Positions 40,207-50,719 of a DNA stretch of 55,206 bases are shown here, piece by piece. A program made the translations under genes and the position numbers. The stretch comes from a virus (Duplodnaviria; Caudoviricetes). The stretch lies in the IMG/VR virus record IMGVR_UViG_3300013131_001394, positions 1-55,206 of that record. One strand, 5' to 3'. Position 1 is the first letter of the stretch; the number at the start of each line of letters is the position of its first letter. Under the pieces are notes generated by a model that saw only the letters and a program-made list of their open reading frames with translations, did not search any database and had not been told where the DNA came from.

Positions 40207-43200
40207 TTATGTTCCGCTTGTATTGACTATACTTGTTGTGTTCAATTGATTAGCCGTAATGGCATCGATAATATCAATGTCATCTGCACTAATATCATTA
40301 ATAAAAATCTCATTACTTAGACAACTTACTTCATATAAACTACCGAAATTACTTGCACGTGGTACAATTATAAAATTAGTAATGTCCGGAGTTAATAAAT
40401 TCATAACATAAGCAGACAATTCACTAAAATAAAATGGTTGTCCGAAGTCCCAATTATCTAAATTGAAAAAATCTGTAATGGCCAAAAGTATTCTACTTTT
40501 AATTTCGTTATCGCTACTTGTTCTTGCAGGATTTTTTACTGCCTTAAAAGTTGCCTGTAGGCTAATAGGGGCTTTTTTACCGAATAATACTTTATATTTG
40601 ACAGGTTGAAATACAATCTCGTCACTTATAGTTTTGATAGGTTCAAGTATACCAGTATAACTTTGCTCTAAACTAGTGCTCGTAGGGGGTAAAGGCTCAC
40701 TACCTAGACCAGTTTGTAACCATGTTCTATACTCCGTATCATAAGAACGTGTTAGCAGATATATGTCAATTAGATTACTCTTACCTGGGTCTATTCTACG
40801 GTCTTCGCTGCTATTATGCTCATACTGAAACTTAATATCAGATCTACCTGGATATGCAAAATAATCCGGTTCATATACCCAGTCAGTACCATCATAACTA
40901 TTAACTACATCGAAACTATCATCATAAAAATAGTAAAGTTGATTTGTCAATGTACCAGTAGGAACATTATCCGGTGTTGAATAAGCAAGTATCTGATCTC
41001 TATCAATTAAATTATACCTAATACCATCTTCAGATTTTTGAAAATAAACAAACTTATCTAATTGCCAGTTGCTATCTGCTCCTACAACTGTGCCAGTAGA
41101 TTCAGGTTTAACAATGTTGATAAAAGCATCAGGATCATCTAATTCGCCTAGATTATTTTTTTCATATAAACTTACAACAACTTTTTTAGGATCTACATAA
41201 CCATCTTCCTCTACAATATTATCATCAACTTGCCATATATAATCTTTTTCTAATGAACCAGTTGTGATAGGATCTTCATTTACGCTGAGCACAGTGATCC
41301 TATCCTTTACCACAGTATTAGAAACGAAATCATAATTAACACTGTTTCTGTCTATAAAGAACGCAGTTTCTTGTTCACTTTCAAAAACTACATCAAGATA
41401 TCTACTTCGTACTCTATAGTTTTTACCTGTCCAGGTAAATGCTATTAACCAACTTGCATCAGAATTACTATCATCAAGACTGCCTTGATTAACCAGACTA
41501 AACGGATTGACTAGGTCTAGATTACTGTCAAGAATAATTTGCCATTCTCTATTAACCTGACTAAATGTAATACCGAAGTTTCTCTGTGCTAAACATAGAT
41601 TCACTAACTCATTTTCAAATTGCAGAGACAATACATTAATAAACTTAGGAATAATTTCATAAGGAATAGCACCAGTAGATACATATGTACTCAATGTAAT
41701 AGGTCCTGTACCATCGTCTAACACACCTGCTCCGGTATTACTACCATCGCCTACTACCTGTACAACCTTTGCCCATATATAATTTTTAGTAGTATTACTT
41801 TTATTAAGAACTATTTTTCCTGTTGCAGAAAAATACTTGTTAGTAGGCGGTATGAACTTTATTAATGCACCAGGTAGAAAATATTTTAAATTATTGCTTG
41901 TAAATGTGCCTACACTGTAAGCAACATTATCTACATCTTCTAAATACCCTTTAGCCTGATTAAGGACAGGAGCGTTCCAAGTTAGTGAAAGTGTTTCTAG
42001 GTTAGGTCTAGAATATTTGTCTAAGTAAAAAGATCTTAGTGTGGGAGAACTAACAACAGGTTCTACAAGTGTTTTAATAAATCCTAATATACCATTTCTA
42101 TTATTAGATTGAAATTCAAATGTCTGTTCAGATGTCTTTTTATATAACATGCCATCTGATGCAAATATGTTTGTCTTACTGTATTTGCCGCTAACATCAC
42201 TTAATTCAAAATACTTACTAACACCGCTGCTTACTCTGTTTACACTTTTAACTTTGATAATATCACTACCTAAAGTTAATGGAGCAATATTATAATCCTC
42301 GGCAGTTACCATTCTATTTTGTACATAGAATGATTGAGGTGCTTTGTTCTGTATGCTAACATTACTTTCTGTACTAGAACTATTGTTAATTGTATATTGT
42401 AGAGCAAATGTTAATGTTAGTATGTGATTTTGTCCAGCCTTACTTACATAAGGAACTTCAACAACAATACCATTCATCTGCTCAGGCTTAATTGTGTAGG
42501 TAAAACCATTGCTTTGTCTATAGAATAATCTAAATGATCCTTTAGGTAAGTTACCAAAATTGCCATCAGCAAAGTTTAAATCAATTTGATCTTGATCTCT
42601 TGTGCTTACTGAGAATATATCACGTTCATTATTTTTCAAACTATTATAGATAACATTGTTTCCTACAACATCAGGAACCTTAGTCCATAATGTTTCATAC
42701 TCTCCATCCGCACTTAATTTCCATAACCATACATCAGTTTGATTAATGTTATTAGCATTAATACCGATTATCTCATTTGCAACAGGATTATCAATGTTAA
42801 AATTGCTAGAAGTTAATTCACCTTGTCTAAAATGAACAAAAAATCCTGTGTTTACACTTCCCGATCCTTGATTATCATTCTTATAAATGAGGCTAAATGT
42901 AGAACCGGGTTTAGGTGTTTCTTCGTATACAAATGCCTTGCCTGAAAATGTACAGGGCACTATTTCAAAAGTCATTGCTGTGCCATTAATGTTCTTTAAA
43001 AAACTGTACACAGGTACATCTGTGTTTGCACTGTTAATTCTGTACTGTTCAGTCAATATACCATCAATAGTTTCTCTATTATAAGGCTTACCGAAACTGA
43101 AACTGCCGCCCATTGCACTGTTTAGAATAGAAATAAACTGTCCGTACCAGTTAGAATTTGTACTGTCGTTCCAACCTACAGTTACATTAGCAAGATTTAA

Positions 43201-43599
43201 ACCATTAGAATCTACCACACTATCAGTTGTACTAACACTGGTTAACTTCAAAAACCCGTTACCAGGTACATTTCTTGATGGTACATAACTGATTAATTGT
43301 GCTAATCTTAATATACTGTCCCTACGCTGTGCAGTTTCTATAAAGTTTTCACGAGCATTGAGGTCAATACGAAAACTTAAATTTTGTCCTAAAAAAGCAA
43401 TAAGGTCAATTAGAGCAATATACTCACTTGATTCAATAAAGTCATTAAAATCTTCAGGATAATTTTCCTGAAGATACTGTATCATTGTGCGTCTTAAGGT
43501 TTCAAAATCGTAACTTTGAAAGTCTGCATTGCGAAAAGACTGGTATATTTTCTTCCAATCTTCTGTTACTAATAGTTTTGTTGAACTGGTAGGTATCAT
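40207..43599 (-). CDS. Baseplate wedge subunit (T4 gp6-like)
   Basis: DFETLR, LIDLIAF, ENFIETAQRRDSILRLAQLISY, QNRMVTAEDY, WDFG. Confidence 0.85.
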   Translation of the reverse strand: MIPTSSTKLLVTEDWKKIYQSFRNADFQSYDFETLRRTMIQYLQENYPEDFNDFIESSEYIALIDLIAFLGQNLSFRIDLNARENFIETAQRRDSILRLAQLISYVPSRNVPGNGFLKLTSVSTTDSVVDSNGLNLANVTVGWNDSTNSNWYGQFISILNSAMGGSFSFGKPYNRETIDGILTEQYRINSANTDVPVYSFLKNINGTAMTFEIVPCTFSGKAFVYEETPKPGSTFSLIYKNDNQGSGSVNTGFFVHFRQGELTSSNFNIDNPVANEIIGINANNINQTDVWLWKLSADGEYETLWTKVPDVVGNNVIYNSLKNNERDIFSVSTRDQDQIDLNFADGNFGNLPKGSFRLFYRQSNGFTYTIKPEQMNGIVVEVPYVSKAGQNHILTLTFALQYTINNSSSTESNVSIQNKAPQSFYVQNRMVTAEDYNIAPLTLGSDIIKVKSVNRVSSGVSKYFELSDVSGKYSKTNIFASDGMLYKKTSEQTFEFQSNNRNGILGFIKTLVEPVVSSPTLRSFYLDKYSRPNLETLSLTWNAPVLNQAKGYLEDVDNVAYSVGTFTSNNLKYFLPGALIKFIPPTNKYFSATGKIVLNKSNTTKNYIWAKVVQVVGDGSNTGAGVLDDGTGPITLSTYVSTGAIPYEIIPKFINVLSLQFENELVNLCLAQRNFGITFSQVNREWQIILDSNLDLVNPFSLVNQGSLDDSNSDASWLIAFTWTGKNYRVRSRYLDVVFESEQETAFFIDRNSVNYDFVSNTVVKDRITVLSVNEDPITTGSLEKDYIWQVDDNIVEEDGYVDPKKVVVSLYEKNNLGELDDPDAFINIVKPESTGTVVGADSNWQLDKFVYFQKSEDGIRYNLIDRDQILAYSTPDNVPTGTLTNQLYYFYDDSFDVVNSYDGTDWVYEPDYFAYPGRSDIKFQYEHNSSEDRRIDPGKSNLIDIYLLTRSYDTEYRTWLQTGLGSEPLPPTSTSLEQSYTGILEPIKTISDEIVFQPVKYKVLFGKKAPISLQATFKAVKNPARTSSDNEIKSRILLAITDFFNLDNWDFGQPFYFSELSAYVMNLLTPDITNFIIVPRASNFGSLYEVSCLSNEIFINDISADDIDIIDAITANQLNTTSIVNTSGT

Positions 43600-43619
43600 G
43601 GTGGTATTATTTGATACCG

Positions 43620-43640
43620 TATTTATTATGGATATAAACT
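43620..43640 (-). promoter_or_regulatory. Late promoter AGTTTA-N9-TAAATA
   Basis: TAAATA ends 20 nt upstream of the gp6-like ATG. Confidence 0.6.
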
Positions 43641-43647
43641 GCTAATA

Positions 43648-44085
43648 TTATTGAACAACAAGACCTATCTGCTGATCAAATTGCAGTTTCATATTAGTGC
43701 TTTGATCAGTTCCGTTAAGTTGTAGCGTTATTTCTAATACATAACCCTGATCATATTCAGTTAGATCTAACTGTGTAGGGGTTACCCTAGGGTCACTTGT
43801 ACAGATATTTGTTATATCTTCTTGCAGTAATGTCCTAGTTTCTTCTGTTAGAGGTTCCATGATAAGGTCCCATATCACACTTCCGAACGTAGGATTCATT
43901 ACTCTTTCACCTTTTCGTGTACGAAAATGATTGAGAATATCCTGTTTGATTAGGTCGAAATCATATAACCGTACACTTTGATCAGCATTGGCAATAGTGC
44001 TAAAGCCCTTGTAAAAATGGCTTCGTTTAACGGGTTGATTTACTATTACCCTACTATTGTTAATAACTTGTGATTTATACGGCAT
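43648..44085 (-). CDS. Baseplate wedge subunit gp25-like
   Basis: LIKQDILNHFRTRKGERVMNPTFGS, DPRV. Confidence 0.9.
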   Translation of the reverse strand: MPYKSQVINNSRVIVNQPVKRSHFYKGFSTIANADQSVRLYDFDLIKQDILNHFRTRKGERVMNPTFGSVIWDLIMEPLTEETRTLLQEDITNICTSDPRVTPTQLDLTEYDQGYVLEITLQLNGTDQSTNMKLQFDQQIGLVVQ

Positions 44086-44090
44086 AAGAA

Positions 44091-44096
44091 TATTTA
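44091..44096 (-). promoter_or_regulatory. Late promoter core TAAATA
   Basis: Minus strand reads ATAAATAttcttATG, overlapping the upstream stop codon. Confidence 0.55.
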
Positions 44097-45608
44097 TGAA
44101 TTAGCACTGCCTGTTAAAATGTCAGTATTGGTAGAACTAAACTTTTCTTTGTCATAATTTTCATGTTGAGGCCATGGCTCATGTGTAGGTGCCCTCTGCA
44201 TAATACTTAACAAATCATCAGTTACATAAAACTTACCGTTACTCCACCCCACTGTTTTATCTCGGTTAGGTAATTTGTAAATTTTAAGTTTAATAGGATC
44301 TTCAGGAGTAGTTGCAGCAGTTGCCTGTGCGGCAGTGGGTCCGTTCATATGTATTTGATTAGCAGTTTCTAAATGACTGCCTACAGAAACAATGTTTGTA
44401 TTTGCGTTAGCACTAAAATTATTATTTTTTCCTGCTATTATGTTGTTAGAGTTTGTAGTGGTATGATAGAAAGAGTCATTTACTCTAACGTGCATATCAG
44501 ATTCTGCCTTAAGTTTTAGGTCTGTTTTTGCAATAATACCTAAATTGTTAAAACTCAGTTTTCCTTCTTTATTCACTATTAGAGTAAAATCTGTTTCAAC
44601 ATTTACATTTACACTGTTACCTACACTAACATTTAAGTTGCGTAGTGCTTCTAAATTTATATCTCTATCTGCTCTAAAATTAAAGTCTGCCTCAGTTCTT
44701 ATGCTTACACTATCTTTAGCATAGATATCAATCTTACCGTCACTGGTCATTTCAATCCATGCTGTGCCTCTACTGTTAGCAATATAGATCAAGTCCTGGC
44801 TGTTATGTAATAAAATTTGATGACCTGTTCTAGTTCGTATTCTAACTAGTTCATTTTCACCATCTTGATCTCCATCGTCCATAACAAAGGTAGTGCCACC
44901 TAATCTACTTACAGGAAACTGTCTGTTACCCGTATATCCTAACTTACCTTTTTTGCCATCAGGGTCTACTGGTCCAGGTGTGCTAATGCCGAATACCATA
45001 CTAGGTATTTCCCTACGACTACTACTAGATGTAATACCTCTCGCAGTATCTAATAGTAAACCCTGTGCTAGTAACCTGTCTGCAAATGGATGCACTGCTT
45101 TAGGTATGCGGCTAGGATCTTTCAATACATTTAATGTTTGACTACCTCTATGTATCTCAGCCACAGGCACATTTGTAGTACCGTATTTCCTAATCTGCTC
45201 CTGTGTCATATTAGATGCTAGGCTGGCTGCTATCCCAGGAACCATGTTATTCTGAAACTCGTCAGACACACAACCTATCCAGTATCCTTGATTAGGGTCA
45301 CCTTCAATAAAAATTACTAAAACAGTAGTTCCTATGTCAGGAGGAACCATCCACATACCATAACTTTTTTGTACATCATTAAAGTCACTGCTATTGTTAC
45401 CTTCAAACTTGATACTAGTGACTCCATAAAAAGGACTAAGATATCTAACAGGATGTGTTAAACTTTGTAAATCATCCGGAATGGCCTGACTTTTTCTAAG
45501 CACAACTTCAAGCAATCCCATTCTAGTAGGATCTAAGTTGTTAGCGATTTCAGCAAGATAGGGACCTGATGAATTAAACCTGCTGCCTGTTCTTTGTTCT
45601 ACTTTCAT
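44094..45608 (-). CDS. Baseplate hub / spike protein (gp5/VgrG-like)
   Basis: DPTRMG.L.V, GMWMVPPDIGTTVLVIF..GD (OB fold), RTRTGH, beta-helix repeats, IHMNG. Confidence 0.85.
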   Translation of the reverse strand: MKVEQRTGSRFNSSGPYLAEIANNLDPTRMGLLEVVLRKSQAIPDDLQSLTHPVRYLSPFYGVTSIKFEGNNSSDFNDVQKSYGMWMVPPDIGTTVLVIFIEGDPNQGYWIGCVSDEFQNNMVPGIAASLASNMTQEQIRKYGTTNVPVAEIHRGSQTLNVLKDPSRIPKAVHPFADRLLAQGLLLDTARGITSSSSRREIPSMVFGISTPGPVDPDGKKGKLGYTGNRQFPVSRLGGTTFVMDDGDQDGENELVRIRTRTGHQILLHNSQDLIYIANSRGTAWIEMTSDGKIDIYAKDSVSIRTEADFNFRADRDINLEALRNLNVSVGNSVNVNVETDFTLIVNKEGKLSFNNLGIIAKTDLKLKAESDMHVRVNDSFYHTTTNSNNIIAGKNNNFSANANTNIVSVGSHLETANQIHMNGPTAAQATAATTPEDPIKLKIYKLPNRDKTVGWSNGKFYVTDDLLSIMQRAPTHEPWPQHENYDKEKFSSTNTDILTGSANS

Positions 45609-45609
45609 A

Positions 45610-48567
45610 TTAAGAATTAATTAATTTTGTCAATGGACTTTGTGCCTTACTGCCGAAATTTACACTGAGAGATGTGCTTAGATCTGCGCTATTAACTGCG
45701 CCCGAATTTCTCAACTTTGTTTCCTTACTGCTTGTGTCATTTGTTAAAATACTTAATGCTTGATCACTGCTTATTACAGAATCAACTGTACTCTTAGCAG
45801 AATTTTGACTGGTTAACGGATTAACAAACCGACTAGATTGCTGTAATAAATTTATTGTGTTAGATCTATCAACACCTGTTAAACTTGTAGGCGTTACCAC
45901 ACCATAGGCGTTTGCTAAACTTGCACCGCCACCTAACTGCATAATATCTGCCAGATCAACTGTGTTAATTTCAGCAGCAGGTGCTCTTTGTGCAGGAGCA
46001 TATGGAGGAATGTTTACAAGGTTAGCAACAGGAATATTGTTTACTGCCAGACCTTTTTCTGCTGCTGCTTTAGGATCTACTCCATCAGGAAATACCTTAG
46101 CCAATGCACCTAACTGTAACAATGCTAGAGGACTACCGGATTGTAATTGTTCAGGACTAATACATAGTTTATTAGCCAGTTCGCTGATACCCATGCCTAC
46201 AGCACTGGTAGCATTTGTTATAGCAGCATTAATTTCTTGTGCAGTTTTAGCAATAGGGCTAGTTAATTGATTTACACCTTGCTGTATCTGCCCTGCCACA
46301 GCATTTATTCCCTGTGCCAAAGGTGCTGTAATACTGTTTACAACCTGAGCACCTAACTGATTCAGCCTGCTTAATTCTGATATAGCAGACTGTATCTGTC
46401 CGAAAATATTAATACCTATGCAAGGATCTCTCGGTCTAGCAACGGCCTTAGTAATATCTCTTACAGGAATAGTTTTAGGATCAGGTTCAACAAGAAAACT
46501 ATCTTCAGGCCTAGTTTCTTCAATTGTAGAATCAGGCAGTATTTGTCCTGGAAGTCTTGTAATTTGTATACGTTGTTTAAACATACCATCAACAAACATG
46601 TGAGTGACTTCTCTAATCCAGAATATTCCGCCGAACTGTGCTTTGTTACTATCAAATATATAAGCACCGTTAGGACCTATATCAACAGGGTTCCTAAAAT
46701 TAATCTTAATGAATACCTGTTCAGTGAGATAATTCATCTCACCTTCAGTGGTAAATCTATTATCTTTTTTGTAAACTTCATTAAATGAATTGCCGTGACC
46801 GCTGGTTCCTAGATATAGCGGATCTCCTATAATTTCTATTTCACCGTTAATACCGTTTACTACAGAATTAATAATACTTTCATGAAGTTGTTTAGCCATA
46901 ACATCAAATGCACTAAGACCAGGAGGACCAGCATTCGGTGTATTGCCAACATGTGTCTGTAACGAAGGCTGTACTAGACGTTGACTAGTTCCTGCTCTAT
47001 CTTTTTTAGCATTTTCTACATCTGTTCCTCGCTCTTTTACACGATTTTTAGCATCCTGAGCAAGACTGTTTTTATTCTCATCAAAATTAGACTGTCCTTT
47101 AAACACACTAATATTTTCAAATACTAGATGTTTATAATCTAATTTCATACTAATTAGATCTGAATTATTTCCTGTGTAAACATAATTGTATTCTCTTAAA
47201 ATACGATCTTCTAGATCTTCTGCGGGCCACTTTTGTGCTGAAAAGCCAGGAATCTTTGTATAATGAACTGCATAAGGAACTACAATGTACGTATATTCTG
47301 TATAATTCTTATTAGAGACAGGGTCAATTTTAGGTTTGAGTTTAGTTCTAGGATGAATCATAAACCAATCAACCATACCGTTTTGAGGAATTTCTCCTTG
47401 ATGCATCTTTTCTAGTAAACGTCTACCGTATTCACTGTCACGAATTACTGCTTCAATAACAGAAGTAACATTAGTATTTTCATTGAATACACTAACACTA
47501 GATTGATTCTCCCCTTCTTTGACTCTACCGGTATCATCTACTCTGTTAGGATCGCCTGCATCAATACCTCTAGGTAACACATAATCTTTGCCTGGGGTTT
47601 TTAATTTAGATTTTGAAAAATAATTGTCTTTTACTGTAAGATCTATATCACCTTTACTATCCACATCAGCAAACAGTATTTCGTAACTGTCAGATTCTGC
47701 TGCTGCTTCTTTATCTTTACTGGTGTTATTATTTTTCTTTACCTGTTCATTAAGATTTTTAGTTAGATTACCGAGTACTTCACCTACCGTGTTACCCTGA
47801 ACACTAACCGGTATTTTTAATTTGTTAGGATTACCGAAGGCGCTCTCATGAAACGGAAATCCTTTACAGGCATATTTTGTACCACGTTCTGTAAATTCTT
47901 GTTGAATGTCGTTAAATCTAACTACAAAGTATCTATCAGAAAAATCAATAGTTTCCGGTTCTGTAATATCTAAGCCATCAGGATATCCCTTAAATTCTAT
48001 TTTAAATAAGAAAGGAGTTCCTATAGGACTTATATAACCTGCGCCTACACTGGCAACATGTAATGCTTCGATAAATCCGTTTATACTATAAGGTTCAAAT
48101 ACATCAAAACTTATTGTTTGCCCCAGTGTAGCACCTAGAGCATATGTTGAAATAGTTTTTATCTCAATATTATTGATATACATATCGAAACGACCGGGAC
48201 TTTTTAAATTAAAGTCTCTGACAATATCCCCTGCTTCTTTCGCAGATATTATTGTTGTAGTCGACTGCCCTAATTCGTTTTCATTAATAGTTTGTCTTGT
48301 TACATCTACAGATGCACTAGCCCGTAGTTCATTAATATCTTTGCCTGCTGAACTGAGTACTATTAAATCAAGTTGGTCAGTACTTACTTTCCAACTGTCA
48401 ACATTATCTAGTTTTTCTTGACTGAGTGCTGCTAGAGTAATGTTATAGGTATAAGATCGATATTTGTCTAATACATTGCCCTTAATAAAATCAGGAATAG
48501 GATCACTAGGCAATCTGGTGCTAGTTACTGTAACAGCCTCAGTTTTTCTTTCAACTTCTTCAGCCAT
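45610..48567 (-). CDS. Baseplate hub / tail protein (gp27-like)
   Basis: NVLDKYRSYTY, EPYS, IIGDP, GIFWIREVTHMF..G.F.Q; lies between gp53-like and gp5-like genes. Confidence 0.65.
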   Translation of the reverse strand: MAEEVERKTEAVTVTSTRLPSDPIPDFIKGNVLDKYRSYTYNITLAALSQEKLDNVDSWKVSTDQLDLIVLSSAGKDINELRASASVDVTRQTINENELGQSTTTIISAKEAGDIVRDFNLKSPGRFDMYINNIEIKTISTYALGATLGQTISFDVFEPYSINGFIEALHVASVGAGYISPIGTPFLFKIEFKGYPDGLDITEPETIDFSDRYFVVRFNDIQQEFTERGTKYACKGFPFHESAFGNPNKLKIPVSVQGNTVGEVLGNLTKNLNEQVKKNNNTSKDKEAAAESDSYEILFADVDSKGDIDLTVKDNYFSKSKLKTPGKDYVLPRGIDAGDPNRVDDTGRVKEGENQSSVSVFNENTNVTSVIEAVIRDSEYGRRLLEKMHQGEIPQNGMVDWFMIHPRTKLKPKIDPVSNKNYTEYTYIVVPYAVHYTKIPGFSAQKWPAEDLEDRILREYNYVYTGNNSDLISMKLDYKHLVFENISVFKGQSNFDENKNSLAQDAKNRVKERGTDVENAKKDRAGTSQRLVQPSLQTHVGNTPNAGPPGLSAFDVMAKQLHESIINSVVNGINGEIEIIGDPLYLGTSGHGNSFNEVYKKDNRFTTEGEMNYLTEQVFIKINFRNPVDIGPNGAYIFDSNKAQFGGIFWIREVTHMFVDGMFKQRIQITRLPGQILPDSTIEETRPEDSFLVEPDPKTIPVRDITKAVARPRDPCIGINIFGQIQSAISELSRLNQLGAQVVNSITAPLAQGINAVAGQIQQGVNQLTSPIAKTAQEINAAITNATSAVGMGISELANKLCISPEQLQSGSPLALLQLGALAKVFPDGVDPKAAAEKGLAVNNIPVANLVNIPPYAPAQRAPAAEINTVDLADIMQLGGGASLANAYGVVTPTSLTGVDRSNTINLLQQSSRFVNPLTSQNSAKSTVDSVISSDQALSILTNDTSSKETKLRNSGAVNSADLSTSLSVNFGSKAQSPLTKLINS

Positions 48568-48568
48568 G

Positions 48569-48868
48569 TTATATACCGATATCCCTACGCAGAGTAGATA
48601 ACTTAGGCAAGTATATTCTTAACCCTGCCTTAAAATCAAACACCGGATCTTTAATTACATTTTTATTGCGTTGAGCAAATACCCACCATAAATTAACATC
48701 GCTATATAAGTCAAAGGCCAACAAATCAGGCCTATATTCATATTCTTTTGTTACACTATAGTACACATCATCAGTTTGAAACTCAAAATCACGATGCGTC
48801 ATTACATCTAAGTAATTAGGCGTGGCTGATGTAGCATAATAAGGACTAGTTTTAGAATATACAGCCAT
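48569..48868 (-). CDS. Baseplate wedge gp53-like (LysM-like) protein
   Basis: YRPDLLAFDLY...LWWVFAQRN...G..IYLP. Confidence 0.8.
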   Translation of the reverse strand: MAVYSKTSPYYATSATPNYLDVMTHRDFEFQTDDVYYSVTKEYEYRPDLLAFDLYSDVNLWWVFAQRNKNVIKDPVFDFKAGLRIYLPKLSTLRRDIGI

Positions 48869-49641
48869 TATAGATACCCTTTCTTCCTATGATCTTCTGT
48901 ATTGTTTAACCATTTATCAACACTGTGATTCTTAATTTCATTTCTGCTATACATAATAATAGCACCTAATGTAATTGTACTAAGAGTAGGCACAGCATTT
49001 AACCCATAACCATTAATTAATTTATTAGTGAAATAATCAACTCCTTCAGGCAGATCTATTCTAAAATTTGTTATAGCAATAGGCACATTTTCTAACATAA
49101 ATTGTCCATAAGCAAACAATCGACAAACTGGCGGCGGACTGCCTGCATTAAGATCCTTGCCCACACGCATTTTAGTCAATGCTTTCAGCAGATGAACAGT
49201 TGCTAGATAATTCTGTGCTTCTTCTGTATTCTGCACAGTAAACTTACCTGATATATTAAGCGGACCTACACTAGATCTTGCGTAAAATGCCTGCTGATAA
49301 TTGCTGTGTACAGTTTGTATAGGACTGTAGTCTGCCTTATTTTCGTAGTTAATTTGTGGTGTGTAGGGAAAAACTATTCCACCGAAATGACTTAGTCTAG
49401 TATCAACTGTGGTATATCCTGTTAGATAACTAGAAGGTACCTTGATACGCACACGCATGTCAGGCTGTCTGGCGCTGATCTGAGGACTGGTTATGTTTAC
49501 CTGTGCAACATTTACCTGCGGACGTTCTGCTCCCGGGGCTACGAAATTGAAAATATTTTTTACAGACTGAAAACCGCTAGAGAAAGCAGAGCCTACTCTG
49601 TCAACTATTCCGCTAGGTCCTAAAACATCCGAATCAGCCAT
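48868..49641 (-). CDS. Tail tube initiator / baseplate protein (gp48/gp54-like)
   Basis: FPYTP, HSNY, GSPPPVCRL.AYG; structural context. Confidence 0.6.
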   Translation of the reverse strand: MADSDVLGPSGIVDRVGSAFSSGFQSVKNIFNFVAPGAERPQVNVAQVNITSPQISARQPDMRVRIKVPSSYLTGYTTVDTRLSHFGGIVFPYTPQINYENKADYSPIQTVHSNYQQAFYARSSVGPLNISGKFTVQNTEEAQNYLATVHLLKALTKMRVGKDLNAGSPPPVCRLFAYGQFMLENVPIAITNFRIDLPEGVDYFTNKLINGYGLNAVPTLSTITLGAIIMYSRNEIKNHSVDKWLNNTEDHRKKGYL

Positions 49642-49661
49642 AAATATATTTCCCTTTACCT

Positions 49662-49682
49662 TATTTAATATTTAAATAAACT
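49662..49682 (-). promoter_or_regulatory. Late promoter AGTTTA-N9-TAAATA heading the structural operon
   Basis: TAAATA ends 20 nt upstream of ATG 49641; the leader contains AAAGGG. Confidence 0.65.
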
Positions 49683-49699
49683 ACGCACTTAACAGACGG

Positions 49700-49727
49700 T
49701 TGACATTTGATTTTTTCATGTTATACT
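49700..49727 (+). promoter_or_regulatory. Sigma70-like promoter with extended -10 for the late sigma gene
   Basis: TTGACA(49700-49705)-16 bp-TATACT(49722-49727), with TG at 49719-49720. Confidence 0.75.
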
Positions 49728-49751
49728 GTAACAAAGGATATAAAAAACATA

Positions 49752-50675
49752 ATGACAACAGGATTAATAACAACAAGAAAAGTAAAATACCTAAATAACA
49801 GAGATCTATTAGCAGAGATACACAAGAGTAAGTGCAGTTTTTCCAGTTTTGTCAAACCCGATTATCAACAATACGACATCATATTAACCAGTTTAACCAA
49901 GGTTAACATCAGAACAATAGCGGAAGCCAAGCGTAATCGTGCCAAACGATTAGGCATACAGGCGTTTATTGCCGCAAGAAATAACGGGGATAAAAAAATA
50001 AAACTGGCAGAATGCACTCCGGATTATAAATCAATAGCAAAAACAGATGTTATTATTCGTATAATGACATTTGATCATGTTCCTCTTGCACCGGGCAGAA
50101 AGAAAACTACCAAAACCACAGCCGATAGTCATGAAAAAGTAAACTTTCCTCCCTTTCAACATTGGAAGTTCAATGATAATGAAGAACTTGTCTGTGTGGG
50201 TAAGAGCCACTGGCGTGGAGGCATGAAGACTGGCAAGTTTAATAAGGAACATGGACGTATCACCGAAGGTCTAGGACGTATGTTCATTAAACTTTCAGAA
50301 CGTTATGCACAACGATCTAACTGGAGAGGCTATACCTATATTGACGAAATGAAGGGACAGGCTATTCTGCAACTTAGCCAAATTGGTCTACAGTTTGATG
50401 AAAGTAAATCAGAAAATCCATTTGCCTATTATACAGCCGCAGTAACAAACTCATTTACACGTATACTAAACATTGAAAAGAAAAATCAAAATATTCGCGA
50501 TGACATGTTGGAAGAAGCAGGATTAACACCCAGTTCAACTCGTCAAAACGCACATGAATACGCAGAGGAAACTGCAAGACAGGCAGAACTTTATAAACAA
50601 ATACGTATGCCTAAGAGCGAAGATGGTGAAGTTTCGGAAGAAGAATCGGACATTGAGGAACAAACAGAGACTTGA
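49752..50675 (+). CDS. Late-transcription sigma factor (T4 gp55-like)
   Basis: YLNNRDLL, NWRGYTYIDEM, FDESKSENPFAYYT, RILNIEKK; upstream of gp47/gp46 as in T4. ATG 49752 preferred because TTG 49707 lies inside the promoter. Confidence 0.88.
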   Translation: MTTGLITTRKVKYLNNRDLLAEIHKSKCSFSSFVKPDYQQYDIILTSLTKVNIRTIAEAKRNRAKRLGIQAFIAARNNGDKKIKLAECTPDYKSIAKTDVIIRIMTFDHVPLAPGRKKTTKTTADSHEKVNFPPFQHWKFNDNEELVCVGKSHWRGGMKTGKFNKEHGRITEGLGRMFIKLSERYAQRSNWRGYTYIDEMKGQAILQLSQIGLQFDESKSENPFAYYTAAVTNSFTRILNIEKKNQNIRDDMLEEAGLTPSSTRQNAHEYAEETARQAELYKQIRMPKSEDGEVSEEESDIEEQTET

Positions 50676-50700
50676 CTTATTGTTCTAGAACATATACAAT
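50672..50700 (+). promoter_or_regulatory. Sigma70-like promoter
   Basis: TTGACT(50672-50677)-17 bp-TACAAT(50695-50700); GAGGAG RBS. Confidence 0.75.
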
Positions 50701-50719
50701 TTAAAGAGGAGAACTTTAT

